Source of the DNA: Minisyncoccota bacterium | GTDB taxonomy: Bacteria > Patescibacteriota > Minisyncoccia > Phycocordibacterales > UBA9973 | Assembly: GCA_031291825.1 (NCBI GenBank) | Contig: JARLIG010000008.1 | Location: forward strand, 5,674 to 69,673 | Reading direction: 5' to 3' | DNA: 64,000 nt | Part shown: positions 17,502 through 26,957 of the stretch, piece after piece | Layout: each line of letters begins with the position of its first letter | Position numbering within the stretch: position 1 is the stretch's first letter | Translations under genes and position numbers: made by a program | The notes under the pieces: model-generated | Database searches by the model: none | The model's input: the letters and a program-made list of their open reading frames with translations, nothing else | What the model was told of the DNA's origin: nothing

Positions 17502-17537
17502 GAGGGAGCAAGATTCGTTCTGCTCCCTCACTTTTTT
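17502..17537 (+). terminator. Intrinsic terminator
   Basis: GAGGGAGCA-N10-TGCTCCCTC then TTTTTT. Confidence 0.8.
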
Positions 17538-17590
17538 GTCTAGTAAGAAATATGGTATGCTTAGAACGCTTTTACAGTTAGTAAAAACAG

Positions 17591-19333
17591 ATGAAAATTC
17601 TCTACAATTATTTAAAAAAATATTGGAAGCTTTGTTTTTTAGTATTAATTTTGGCGGCCGTTAATCAAACCTTTTCTTTATTAGACCCGCTGATTTTTCG
17701 GCACGTGATAGATGACTATGCGGTAAAGTTTGATGCGCTAACATTACGACAATTTGCAGAAGGGGTTCTCTTTTTACTCGGGCTTGCGGTCGGAGCAGCT
17801 TTTGTCTCGCGCACCGCCAAGAATTTTCAAGATTATTATTTAAATACGGTGACGCAACGGCTCGGAGCGAAAATTTACAATGATGGCATCGAACATTCGC
17901 TTGCTTTGCCGTATGAAGTCTTTGAAGACCAACGAAGTGGAGAAACGCTCGGCATTTTGCAAAATGTGCGTCTAGCGAATGAAACATTTATGACTTCGTT
18001 TATCAACGTACTTTTTGTTTCGTTGATTGGTTTTGCTTTTGTCACGGTTTATGCGCTTTATATTTTTTGGGGAGTGGCTTTGGTTTTTGCTTTAACTGTA
18101 CCGATTATTGGCATCGCTAGTTATGTACTAACCAGCAAAGTAAAAAAAATTCAAAAAATAATATTGAGTGAAACGACGGCGCTAGCTGGCTCGACGACAG
18201 AATCTTTGAGAAATATTGAACTCGTCAAAAGTCTAGGTTTGGTAGACCAAGAAATTTTACGTTTGAATACCACGACGGACAAAATTTTAAAACTTGAGTT
18301 GAAAAAGTTGCGATACATCAGGAGTGTCAGTTTTGTGCAGGGAACACTGATTAATTTTATGCGTACCTGTATTTTGGGTTTTCTTTTGTATTTGGTTTTC
18401 ATTCATCGGGTGACTTTCGGAGAATTTTTCTCGCTCTATATTTATTCATTTTTTATCTTTGGTCCATTGCAGGATTTGGGAACAGTTATCAATAATTATC
18501 GTGATGCGGAAGTGTCGCTCGGAAAATTTAAAGAGATAATGGATGCGCCAGTTGAACCCGTGCCAGCTATTGCCGAGGAAATTGGTAAAATAAAAGCCCT
18601 AGAGTTCAGAGATGTTTCTTTTCAATACAATAGCGCCAAGCAACCTGCGCTTGATGATGTTTCTTTTAAAGTGCAAGCGGGGGAGACGATTGCCTTTGTC
18701 GGTCCATCTGGCGCTGGTAAGACGAGCTTGTTAAAACTTTTGGTTGGTTTATATGAACCCAAAAAAGGAAGCGTCCTCTATAACAATATTTCTGGCAAAG
18801 ATGTAAATTTAAATGAATTACGTGCGCAGTTTGGATTTGTCACGCAAGACACGCAACTTTTCGCTGGTTCTATAAGAGAAAATTTGCTTTTTGTAAATCC
18901 CAATGCGACCGAAGCGGAATGTTTAGAAGCACTTCAAAAAAGCGCAGCGAACTCGTTGCTCGCTCGTGCTGATAAAGGCATGGATACCGTAATTGGCGAA
19001 GGCGGAGTGAAAGTTTCTGGCGGAGAAAAGCAAAGACTTTCTATTGCTCGTGCTCTCTTACGCAAGCCCTCAGTTTTAATTTTTGATGAAGCGACTTCTT
19101 CCCTTGATTCTATTACTGAAGAAGAAATAACTAAAACGATTCGCGATGTGACGACAGGAGCGACGCGTATCACCATCTTAATTGCGCACCGACTTTCGAC
19201 GATTATGCATGCCGACCGAATTTATGTTTTAGAAAAAGGATTCTTGGAGGAAGTCGGCACACACGCGGAATTACTTAATAAAAAAGGCTTATATTACGCT
19301 ATGTGGCGTCAGCAAATTGGAGAAAGGATTTAA
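17591..19333 (+). CDS. ABC exporter, fused permease/ATPase (MdlB/MsbA-like)
   Basis: TM domain; GPSGAGKT, VSGGEKQR, DEATSSLD, AHRLST. Confidence 0.93.
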   Translation: MKILYNYLKKYWKLCFLVLILAAVNQTFSLLDPLIFRHVIDDYAVKFDALTLRQFAEGVLFLLGLAVGAAFVSRTAKNFQDYYLNTVTQRLGAKIYNDGIEHSLALPYEVFEDQRSGETLGILQNVRLANETFMTSFINVLFVSLIGFAFVTVYALYIFWGVALVFALTVPIIGIASYVLTSKVKKIQKIILSETTALAGSTTESLRNIELVKSLGLVDQEILRLNTTTDKILKLELKKLRYIRSVSFVQGTLINFMRTCILGFLLYLVFIHRVTFGEFFSLYIYSFFIFGPLQDLGTVINNYRDAEVSLGKFKEIMDAPVEPVPAIAEEIGKIKALEFRDVSFQYNSAKQPALDDVSFKVQAGETIAFVGPSGAGKTSLLKLLVGLYEPKKGSVLYNNISGKDVNLNELRAQFGFVTQDTQLFAGSIRENLLFVNPNATEAECLEALQKSAANSLLARADKGMDTVIGEGGVKVSGGEKQRLSIARALLRKPSVLIFDEATSSLDSITEEEITKTIRDVTTGATRITILIAHRLSTIMHADRIYVLEKGFLEEVGTHAELLNKKGLYYAMWRQQIGERI

Positions 19334-19397
19334 TTAAATTAATCTTTTCATTACAACTTCACTTGCATTTGATATAATCCAAATGATAATTTAAATT

Positions 19398-19694
19398 ATG
19401 TCCGCGAACAGAAAACAATCACAGCAGGGTTTTGTTCCAGTATTTATCATCGCAATTATTGTGGTGCTTCTTGGCGGTTTTACAATATACAATTTAGAAA
19501 AAAACAATACTGGTATAACGGTGCAAAATCAAACCGCGGCTTCGATACAGTCTACGGGAAATACGCTTTCAGTAAAAAACAATACCCAAACTAAACCAGC
19601 GGTTACAACTGCCAAAGCCATGACGACCAAAACCAAGGTCTACAAAAAAGCTAGACATACGACTGCTAGTGATGACAGGGACGATGACGACTAA
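19398..19694 (+). CDS. Small protein with prepilin-like N-terminus
   Basis: KQSQQG/FVPVFIIAIIVVLLGG (class III signal-like, no Glu5); acidic C-terminus. Confidence 0.6.
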   Translation: MSANRKQSQQGFVPVFIIAIIVVLLGGFTIYNLEKNNTGITVQNQTAASIQSTGNTLSVKNNTQTKPAVTTAKAMTTKTKVYKKARHTTASDDRDDDD

Positions 19695-19724
19695 ACTCTG
19701 CTATAATGTGTTCGTTATCTATTT

Positions 19725-20306
19725 ATGAACTTATATATAGTTTATGTGCTCAATATTTTGATTATCGCCCTACCGTTAGCAATTTTTGAAATTGTCATTG
19801 AGAAAAGTCATGGATGGGGAAGCGGTTGGCACAAAGACAGTTGGCATACTAAGCAATTTTTACCGCACAATCGTCTGGTAATATTTTTAGTAAAAATATT
19901 CAAAATCCCTCAGCCACTAAATTATCATTTTCTAATTTTCATTATCATGATTCCGTTTGTTTTTGCGCTCGAATATTATTATTCGCCTTACAATGCGATG
20001 TTTTTCTTGGCGATTTTTCTTGGTGTTTTAGTTGCCGAAGATTTTTTATGGTTTTTGCTTAATTGGCATTTTGATTCGCGCAAGCAGTTGTTGAAAGGTC
20101 CAAACGGCTCTATCTGGTGGCACAAGAATTGGATAAAAATTTCTAAGAATTATTATTTGCCAGTTTGTTACTTTTCTGCCTTGGCGCTAAGTATAATTAT
20201 TTTCTTTATTGCTAAGAGTGATACGTATGCGAACATTTCAAACAAGGTGACCACAGAAGTTAAACAACCCTTGACTGCTATCCGAAGTAAAATAAGCACG
20301 AGATAA
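19725..20306 (+). CDS. Integral membrane protein
   Basis: Several TMs; EIVIEK.HGW, EDFLWFLLN. Confidence 0.75.
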   Translation: MNLYIVYVLNILIIALPLAIFEIVIEKSHGWGSGWHKDSWHTKQFLPHNRLVIFLVKIFKIPQPLNYHFLIFIIMIPFVFALEYYYSPYNAMFFLAIFLGVLVAEDFLWFLLNWHFDSRKQLLKGPNGSIWWHKNWIKISKNYYLPVCYFSALALSIIIFFIAKSDTYANISNKVTTEVKQPLTAIRSKISTR

Positions 20307-20324
20307 ATTTGTTATAATTGTAGT

Positions 20325-20642
20325 ATGCAAACTTTTAGTGAACGGGTAGTCAAAATAGCGCTGGATATTCCTAAAGGTCGAGTCACGACTTATGGTCGGA
20401 TTGCGCGTGCGGCGGGCGCGGGTCCGATGGCCTCGCAAAGTATTACCGCGATTTTAGGCAAAGCTTACGAGCAAGGCGAAAAAAATATTCCTTTTCATCG
20501 CATCGTTTATGCTGATGGAACAGTTTGGCTTTCTGATAAATATAAAAAGAAAAGATTGGCTTTATACAAAAAAGAGGGAATTAAACTAGACAAAAATAAT
20601 CGTATTGTAAATTTCCGCGATATTTTATTTGAGTTTAATTAG
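20325..20642 (+). CDS. Alkyltransferase-like (MGMT family, YbaZ-like) protein
   Basis: IPKGRVTTYGRIA; IPFHRIV has Phe in place of the PCHR catalytic Cys. Confidence 0.85.
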   Translation: MQTFSERVVKIALDIPKGRVTTYGRIARAAGAGPMASQSITAILGKAYEQGEKNIPFHRIVYADGTVWLSDKYKKKRLALYKKEGIKLDKNNRIVNFRDILFEFN

Positions 20643-20651
20643 AAAGAAGTC

Positions 20652-21239
20652 TTATTCTTTTTCTAGAACTTCTATAATTTCTTCTGTGCTGCGTACCAAG
20701 CCAAGTCTTGGCAATATTTTTCCGACAGTGTGTTCGTGTTCTTCTTTAGACATGGCAGACATAGCATCTTCGGCAAAAATTTGATTGTATCCGTATTCAT
20801 AAGCGAATCGAGCGGTGCTCTCTACTCCCATGTGTGTGGCGATTCCACACAAGACAATTGTGTCTATTTTTCTGCGTCGTAACTGCAGTTCAAGTTCGGT
20901 TCCATAAAATGCTCCCCATTGTTTTTTGATGATAATTACTGCATTTCTTTCAGGCGAGAGTTCTGGAACTATTTCTGCCCAATCATCGGGCATCTGTCTG
21001 CTGCTATTCCAAGTGACGTCCGTTATTAGATTTAATCTTTCCTTGGGATCGGATCCAAAAGTAACTCTCACTAAAAAAATAGGCATATTATTTTTACGGA
21101 ATATCTTTAATAGTTGCGCAGTTTTTTCAATCACATCTTTGGCTGAATGTGGATATGTTTCTCCCGAAGTAATGCCTTTTTGTAAATCAATCACGACGAT
21201 GGCAGTTTTTATTTTATCAATAGTGAATGGCGTTTTCAT
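20652..21239 (-). CDS. Isochorismatase-family cysteine hydrolase (YecD-like)
   Basis: AIVVIDLQKG, KKQWGAFYGT, GIATHMGVESTAR. Confidence 0.9.
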   Translation of the reverse strand: MKTPFTIDKIKTAIVVIDLQKGITSGETYPHSAKDVIEKTAQLLKIFRKNNMPIFLVRVTFGSDPKERLNLITDVTWNSSRQMPDDWAEIVPELSPERNAVIIIKKQWGAFYGTELELQLRRRKIDTIVLCGIATHMGVESTARFAYEYGYNQIFAEDAMSAMSKEEHEHTVGKILPRLGLVRSTEEIIEVLEKE

Positions 21240-21244
21240 AAATT

Positions 21245-21382
21245 TTATTTTTTAAGCAAGTAAATGTCTTTTAATATTTCAAGACCATGATGTTCAGGGT
21301 CTACTTTCGGATAAACTTTTTGTATCATACCATCTGGACCGACGAGATAGGAGATTCTTTTGTTGAAAAGTTCATATGTTTT
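21245..21382 (-). pseudogene. C-terminal remnant of a BCP/PrxQ-type peroxiredoxin
   Basis: Hand-translated KRISYLVGPDGMIQKVYPKVDPEHHGLEILKDI; in-frame TAA upstream, no Cys domain. Confidence 0.7.
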
Positions 21383-21459
21383 TTATTTCAAGAATATTTA
21401 AAGTATAGCATACTAAAGCAATTGACATTTTGACTAAAATGTAGTAACGTATTTTTCAT

Positions 21460-22323
21460 ATGATTAAAAAGATAACAAGGGGCCATGTTTTCCCAAAAAT
21501 AAACAATTATTATAACTTATTATTAGCTGTAATCATGGTTTTAGTTACTGGAAGTATCTTTATTGGCACTGTTAAAGTCTTTGCGGACAGTACATCTCCA
21601 GTTGGCGATGTACAATTGTCTTCGGCTATCAATATAGTTTCTCCAAATGGAGGTGAGCAATGGGGAGCCGGAAGCACTTATTCGATTACTTGGATTGATA
21701 CAAGTCCTATATCAATGATTTGCAATGTCGGTGTCTCTCCTTGCGGTCTTGTCCAGAAATACGATATTTCTTACACTCCAGTCGGAGCGACAACCCAAAA
21801 TATTACTACAGCTGTTTCTGGAACTTCATATAATTGGACAATTCCAAGCAGTCAAGCAATTGGTTCTTATTCCATAAAGGTTTGTAAAACTGGTACCACC
21901 ACCTGCTCTACTAGTAACAGTTTTAGTATTGTCGCTGCTGGAAATGGGACTGTTTCAAGTTCTCCCCAAGGAGGCGGTGGTGGACAACTTTACTATCCTG
22001 TGACTGTTGCTCCAACTCCAACAACACCTACGACACCAGTAACCCCAACAACACCTCCAACTCCAGTTCCACAGGTTCTTGCCGCAGAAAAGTTTCACTT
22101 TACACTTTATCTTATGATGGGTATTCCATATAAAATGCCCGCACAGGTTAATGAAGTGACAGAACTTCAAAAATTCTTAAATGTTGCTGGATATTATCCT
22201 GGACCAATCGATGGAAAATTTAGTGCAACCTTGAAGGCAGCAGTCGTTGAATTCCAACTTGCTAATAATTTAGTCGGGGATGGAATTATCGGGCCATTAA
22301 CTCGCGCAGCGCTAAATAAATAA
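21460..22323 (+). CDS. Secreted protein: Ig-like domain, Pro/Thr linker, peptidoglycan-binding domain
   Basis: SPNGGEQWGAGSTYSITW; PQGGGGGQLY; ELQKFLN...DGIIGPLTRAALNK. Confidence 0.85.
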   Translation: MIKKITRGHVFPKINNYYNLLLAVIMVLVTGSIFIGTVKVFADSTSPVGDVQLSSAINIVSPNGGEQWGAGSTYSITWIDTSPISMICNVGVSPCGLVQKYDISYTPVGATTQNITTAVSGTSYNWTIPSSQAIGSYSIKVCKTGTTTCSTSNSFSIVAAGNGTVSSSPQGGGGGQLYYPVTVAPTPTTPTTPVTPTTPPTPVPQVLAAEKFHFTLYLMMGIPYKMPAQVNEVTELQKFLNVAGYYPGPIDGKFSATLKAAVVEFQLANNLVGDGIIGPLTRAALNK

Positions 22324-22342
22324 TATTGTTATAATAGAAACC

Positions 22343-23314
22343 ATGACTTCTTGGCTTAAAAAAATTTTTATACCAAACGTAGCAAATGAGAACTGCCCTT
22401 ATATATTAAGGAGTGAAAGCACTAAGAATATTATTGCAATTGTTATCTTTTTAGAGATTTTTACTTTTCTCATACCAGTTTTTACTCATCTCAATATGTC
22501 GGGAAACATGGCGACTGTTCTGCCAGGTATATTAGCTGATTTGACCAACCAAGAACGTCAAGATCAAAATCTTCCAGCTCTGATTGTCAGTCCATTGTTG
22601 AATGAAGCAGCACAAATGAAAGCCAACGATATGGCAGAAAATAGTTATTTTGCGCACACGAGTCCAGATGGTAAAACGCCATGGTATTGGCTTACACAAG
22701 TTGGATACAACTATCAATACGCTGGAGAAAATTTAGCTATTAATTTCAGTGATTCGCAGGATGTCGCAAATGCTTGGATGGCAAGTCCGGCTCATCGAGC
22801 TAATATTGTAAAAGGTAATTATACCGAAGTTGGGACTGGTGTGGCCACAGGCGTGTATCAAGGGCAGGAGACAACTTTTGTTGTTCAAGATTATGCGAAT
22901 CCTTTGCCCCCAGTTGTGGCAGAGACTACACCTGCACCCATAAAAACAGGAACAAAAACTACTAGTAATGTAGTGGTAAAACCAGCGACAAATGTTTTAG
23001 GAGCGGAAACTTTATCGACTCCAACCATAGTTGTAATTTCAGTATCTAATCCGACTTTTTGGCAAAAATTAATTGCTTCACCACGTAATACCACAAACAT
23101 TATTCTTGACACATTCTTTCTGTTGGTGCTGATTTCCTTAATTTTATATTTCTTTACAAAAATAAGAAATCACAATTTTGGTTTAATCACAAATGGCTTA
23201 ATGTCTCTCGTGGTTATCGGAGCTATTTTCTCTTTTAATTACTATGCTAGTTATCACAACATGGTTATTACTCAAAGTTTAGATTATAGATCAGTGGCTG
23301 TTTCTAGTTTGTAG
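22343..23314 (+). CDS. CAP (SCP) domain membrane protein
   Basis: LTNQER, YFAHTSPDG, AGENLA, WMASPAHRANI. Confidence 0.9.
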   Translation: MTSWLKKIFIPNVANENCPYILRSESTKNIIAIVIFLEIFTFLIPVFTHLNMSGNMATVLPGILADLTNQERQDQNLPALIVSPLLNEAAQMKANDMAENSYFAHTSPDGKTPWYWLTQVGYNYQYAGENLAINFSDSQDVANAWMASPAHRANIVKGNYTEVGTGVATGVYQGQETTFVVQDYANPLPPVVAETTPAPIKTGTKTTSNVVVKPATNVLGAETLSTPTIVVISVSNPTFWQKLIASPRNTTNIILDTFFLLVLISLILYFFTKIRNHNFGLITNGLMSLVVIGAIFSFNYYASYHNMVITQSLDYRSVAVSSL

Positions 23315-24002
23315 TCTGTTGTGTCGTGACTGTAACCGTATAGTCTTGTATTGAGCCATCTTGCGCGGTGACGGTATAAATGACGGGATTAGTAAAGTCT
23401 TGTGCTGTGCCAGAATTTGGATAAATAGTTGCATTGTCAGAGATATCGACAGTTGGAGTTAGTGTAGTTAAATCTGTTCCAGCAGGAACCACGAGATTTA
23501 CTTGATATCCAGTGTTGTCGACTGAGCCATATACTTCTGGACTTAATCCTGCAAACGTAAAGGAGTTTATTAACTTATCTGAACTCAAGGTGGTTGTAGT
23601 TGGCTGGTCGGTAGACACAGTGGCTGTGTAACTTTGCGTGGAGCCATCTTCTGCTGTGACTGTATAAATTACGGGATTAGTAAAGTCTTGCGCGATATCC
23701 GAAGCTGGAGAGATGGTTGCGCCGTCAGACACAGAAATAGTTGGGATAAGTTTTGTTAGGTCCGTACCAGTTGGCACCACTAGATTGACTACATAATTAG
23801 TGTTATCAACAGCTCCATCTTCTTCTGGATTTAATCCAGAAAAAATAAAGGAGTTGATTAATTTATCAGAACTTTTTACTGTGCTTGTATTTATTGCAAT
23901 GCTTGTAGTCACAGTACTGGTCGTGCTTAAATACCAGATTCCCAAAGCCACAAAGACTACAACAATTATTGAAACATATAAGATTTTTAAACGTTTTGTC
24001 AT
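23304..24002 (-). CDS. Membrane-anchored protein with two DUF5018-like Ig repeats
   Basis: Two copies of SSDKLINSF...VPxGTDLT...QDFTNPVIYTVTAxDGS. Confidence 0.85.
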   Translation of the reverse strand: MTKRLKILYVSIIVVVFVALGIWYLSTTSTVTTSIAINTSTVKSSDKLINSFIFSGLNPEEDGAVDNTNYVVNLVVPTGTDLTKLIPTISVSDGATISPASDIAQDFTNPVIYTVTAEDGSTQSYTATVSTDQPTTTTLSSDKLINSFTFAGLSPEVYGSVDNTGYQVNLVVPAGTDLTTLTPTVDISDNATIYPNSGTAQDFTNPVIYTVTAQDGSIQDYTVTVTTQQTTN

Positions 24003-24089
24003 AGTAGTTTATACGTATTTATTTACTGTCTTGGTTCAATTATCATAATTAGGATTATCAGCTCCAGCAATAAATGTTATAATTATATT

Positions 24090-25181
24090 ATGTCTTTTTT
24101 TGAAATTACTCGCAACTGGTATGGACGTTTTGAACGCCCAATTTCTTCTTTGTCCTTGATTGCGGGCTTCGTTTTTGATGCGTTGACCTTAAAAAGAGTA
24201 GATACATTATGGGAGAATTGTTGGATTATTGCGCATTTGATCATCGTGGGAGTTTTTATCGCCTTGATTCATCTGAAGAAAAATGAAGTGGGTGATGAAA
24301 AAAATCCCAGCAAGGCGCATTTTTGGTTTGTAAATATTTTGCAGTTCTTTTTTGGAGGACTGCTTTCAACTTTCTTGGTATTTTATTTCCGTAGCGCGGA
24401 TATCTTTGTTACTTGGCCGTTTATTTTATTATTAGCTTTGGCTTTTATTGCTAACGAATCTTTGAAACGTCATTATATTCGGTTTAGTTTTCAAATCAGT
24501 TTGTTCTTTCTTTCAGTTTATTCTTTTTCAATTTTTTTATTGCCCGTAATTTTACACCAAATCGGTCCACGAATATTTTTACTTTCCGGATTAGTTAGTT
24601 TGATTTTCATTACATTATTTGTTTTTGTTATATTTATTTTTATCCGAGATAGATTTAATGAGAGTAAAAAATTAATTTTCTTTTTGATTTTGGGCATATT
24701 TTTGATGGTCAATTTTTTGTATTTTACAAATTTGATTCCACCGATTCCGCTTTCTCTCAAAGATGGAGGTATTTACCATAGTCTAATCAAAGACGTGGAT
24801 GGGAATTACGATGTTTCCTATGAGGATTATGGTTGGAAGGGATATTTCCAAATGTATCCAAATTTTAGTGAAGTGGCCGGCGCTCCTGTGTATGCTTATA
24901 GTGCTGTTTTTTCTCCAACTAATTTAAATATTACGATTATTCATCAGTGGCAATATTATGATGATGCTCAGGGTAAATGGATTACTGACTTTACGATAAA
25001 CCTTCCAGTGGTCGGAGGACGGGGGGGTGGATTTAGGACTTATTCCGAAGACTCAAATCCAACGCCGGGGCATTGGCGGGTAAATATCATGACCACACAA
25101 GGGCAAATTATTGGTCGTTTGCGTTTCAATATTTTACCAGTCTTCACTCTACCATCATTTTCTTATGCTATAAAGCAATAA
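24090..25181 (+). CDS. Polytopic membrane protein with C-terminal DUF2914-like domain
   Basis: Many TMs; IPPIPLSL, IIHQW, GGRGGGFRTYS, GHWRVNI. Confidence 0.8.
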   Translation: MSFFEITRNWYGRFERPISSLSLIAGFVFDALTLKRVDTLWENCWIIAHLIIVGVFIALIHLKKNEVGDEKNPSKAHFWFVNILQFFFGGLLSTFLVFYFRSADIFVTWPFILLLALAFIANESLKRHYIRFSFQISLFFLSVYSFSIFLLPVILHQIGPRIFLLSGLVSLIFITLFVFVIFIFIRDRFNESKKLIFFLILGIFLMVNFLYFTNLIPPIPLSLKDGGIYHSLIKDVDGNYDVSYEDYGWKGYFQMYPNFSEVAGAPVYAYSAVFSPTNLNITIIHQWQYYDDAQGKWITDFTINLPVVGGRGGGFRTYSEDSNPTPGHWRVNIMTTQGQIIGRLRFNILPVFTLPSFSYAIKQ

Positions 25182-25233
25182 GTTAAGCACCAATGTCTTT
25201 GTAATATTTAAAATCTTTAGTAAGATAGAATAT

Positions 25234-25797
25234 ATGATGGAAAAATTAAAATTTGCGTTATTTTCAATTGTTGTTTTAGCCCTAGTTGGAATTTTGGGAT
25301 ATTGGGCGGTTGCGACTATCAAATCGGGAAGTGAATTTGCCGCGACCCAAAAAATCGGAGAATTGCAACAACAAAACGAAGATTTAACCAAACAAATTGC
25401 TGACCTGACACAGCAACTTAACAATTCAGAGGCTCAGGTAGTAAGTCTGACACCAGCGCTGACGCAAACCGTCACTCCATCTACAACGCCCAATACATCG
25501 ACAAAAACTTCTACTAAGACAACTACTTATAAAAATCAAACACTCATAAATCAACTACAGCAACTTATTACGGATAACATCAACATGAAATTAAATTCGA
25601 CTGGCACTAGAGTCGGCACGGTGCAAACTTTCTTAAATCTTTACAACAATACTTCTAATAAGGTTGATAATGACTATGGAGCCAGTACCGTAAAAGCAAT
25701 TTCTGCTTTTCAAAAAGCTCAAGGTTTGACGGCCGATGGACAAGCTGGTGCTAGTACTTTTAATAAAATGATTAGTTGGCTCCAAAAACAGGGTTAG
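25234..25797 (+). CDS. Membrane-anchored coiled-coil protein with peptidoglycan-binding domain
   Basis: TM, coiled coil, DNDYGASTVKAISAFQKAQGLTADGQAG. Confidence 0.85.
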   Translation: MMEKLKFALFSIVVLALVGILGYWAVATIKSGSEFAATQKIGELQQQNEDLTKQIADLTQQLNNSEAQVVSLTPALTQTVTPSTTPNTSTKTSTKTTTYKNQTLINQLQQLITDNINMKLNSTGTRVGTVQTFLNLYNNTSNKVDNDYGASTVKAISAFQKAQGLTADGQAGASTFNKMISWLQKQG

Positions 25798-25802
25798 TTT
25801 AA

Positions 25803-26912
25803 ATGATAGAATTTGCAAAAAAATATAAATTAATAATATTTAGTTGCTTAGGCGTTTTGATTATCGTTAGCGTTTTTGTTTTTTTCTTTACAAAGAAGCC
25901 AATAGTTAAAAAAACAACACCAATTGCCATAGTGACGACTCCGACTGCACCAGTTGTTACCACTACAAAACCAAACACTCCTGTAACTACCACATCCGTA
26001 AAACCAGTTCCACCACCTCCACCACCAGTAGGCACAGATAGATTTATTGTTTCTTTGACTGATACGCCAGATACTATCTCAGCTAATTTATTGAGTGGGG
26101 GATACATCGCTGACGCTACGGCTTTTTCTAATTTAATCGGCACAAAAATAATTTCACCAGGTGGTTATAAAATTTCGCAAGGCTGGACCACTGCGCAAAT
26201 GTTACAAGTGCTTTCCGGTAAACCATATATGAAATGGGTTTTGATTCCTCCGGGACTACGCAAAGAAGAAATCGCTGCACTGCTCGCTTCTACTTTGGGC
26301 TGGACTAAAAAACAAACCACTTATTTTATTACCAAAGACACGACCACCAAGCCGGAATATGTTGAAGGTGTTTACGCGCCAGATACTTATTTGATTCCAG
26401 TCGCAGAGACCACTACGCAAGTTACCACTAGATTGATTAATCAATTTAATCAAAATTTTTCTCCTTATCTTCCGCAATTTACCGCTAAAGATGTTAAGTG
26501 GACTTCGGCATTAACCCTTGCATCCATTGTGCAGCGTGAAGCGGCCAATGCAGCCGATATGCCACTCATCGCGGGAATTCTTTGGAACCGATTAAATCAA
26601 GGCATGCAGCTGGATGTAGATTCAACTTTGCAATACGCACGTGGAAATACAGGGAGTGGCTGGTGGGCGCCGATTACGGTGGCGGATAAAAAAATCGATT
26701 CTCCTTACAATACGTATATCCATACTGGTTTGCCTCCGCATCCGATTTCAAATCCAAGCATTGATGCGATTTCTGCAGTTCTAAATCCAGCCACCACAGA
26801 CTGCATATATTATTTACATGATAATAACCACATCACACACTGCTCGGTCACTTATGCCGAACAAGAAGCGAATGTGCAAAAATATCTTATAACTCCCCCT
26901 ACAACCAACTAA
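25803..26912 (+). CDS. mltG: Endolytic transglycosylase MltG (YceG)
   Basis: EGVYAPDTY, LASIVQRE, NRL..GMQL, SPYNTY..TGLPPHPISNP. Confidence 0.92.
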   Translation: MIEFAKKYKLIIFSCLGVLIIVSVFVFFFTKKPIVKKTTPIAIVTTPTAPVVTTTKPNTPVTTTSVKPVPPPPPPVGTDRFIVSLTDTPDTISANLLSGGYIADATAFSNLIGTKIISPGGYKISQGWTTAQMLQVLSGKPYMKWVLIPPGLRKEEIAALLASTLGWTKKQTTYFITKDTTTKPEYVEGVYAPDTYLIPVAETTTQVTTRLINQFNQNFSPYLPQFTAKDVKWTSALTLASIVQREAANAADMPLIAGILWNRLNQGMQLDVDSTLQYARGNTGSGWWAPITVADKKIDSPYNTYIHTGLPPHPISNPSIDAISAVLNPATTDCIYYLHDNNHITHCSVTYAEQEANVQKYLITPPTTN

Positions 26913-26957
26913 ATTTGCGCTTAAATAGAAATTTATTAATTGGGGTATAATGGGTAT

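Noticed and set aside
11091-17537. Orphan-gene hairpins as integron attC sites
   Set aside because: No consistent RYYYAAC/GTTRRRY ends, mixed gene orientation, no intI, and most hairpins have T tracts typical of terminators.
23304-24002. Internal DNA direct repeats as mobile-element ends
   Set aside because: Explained by tandem duplication of a protein domain.
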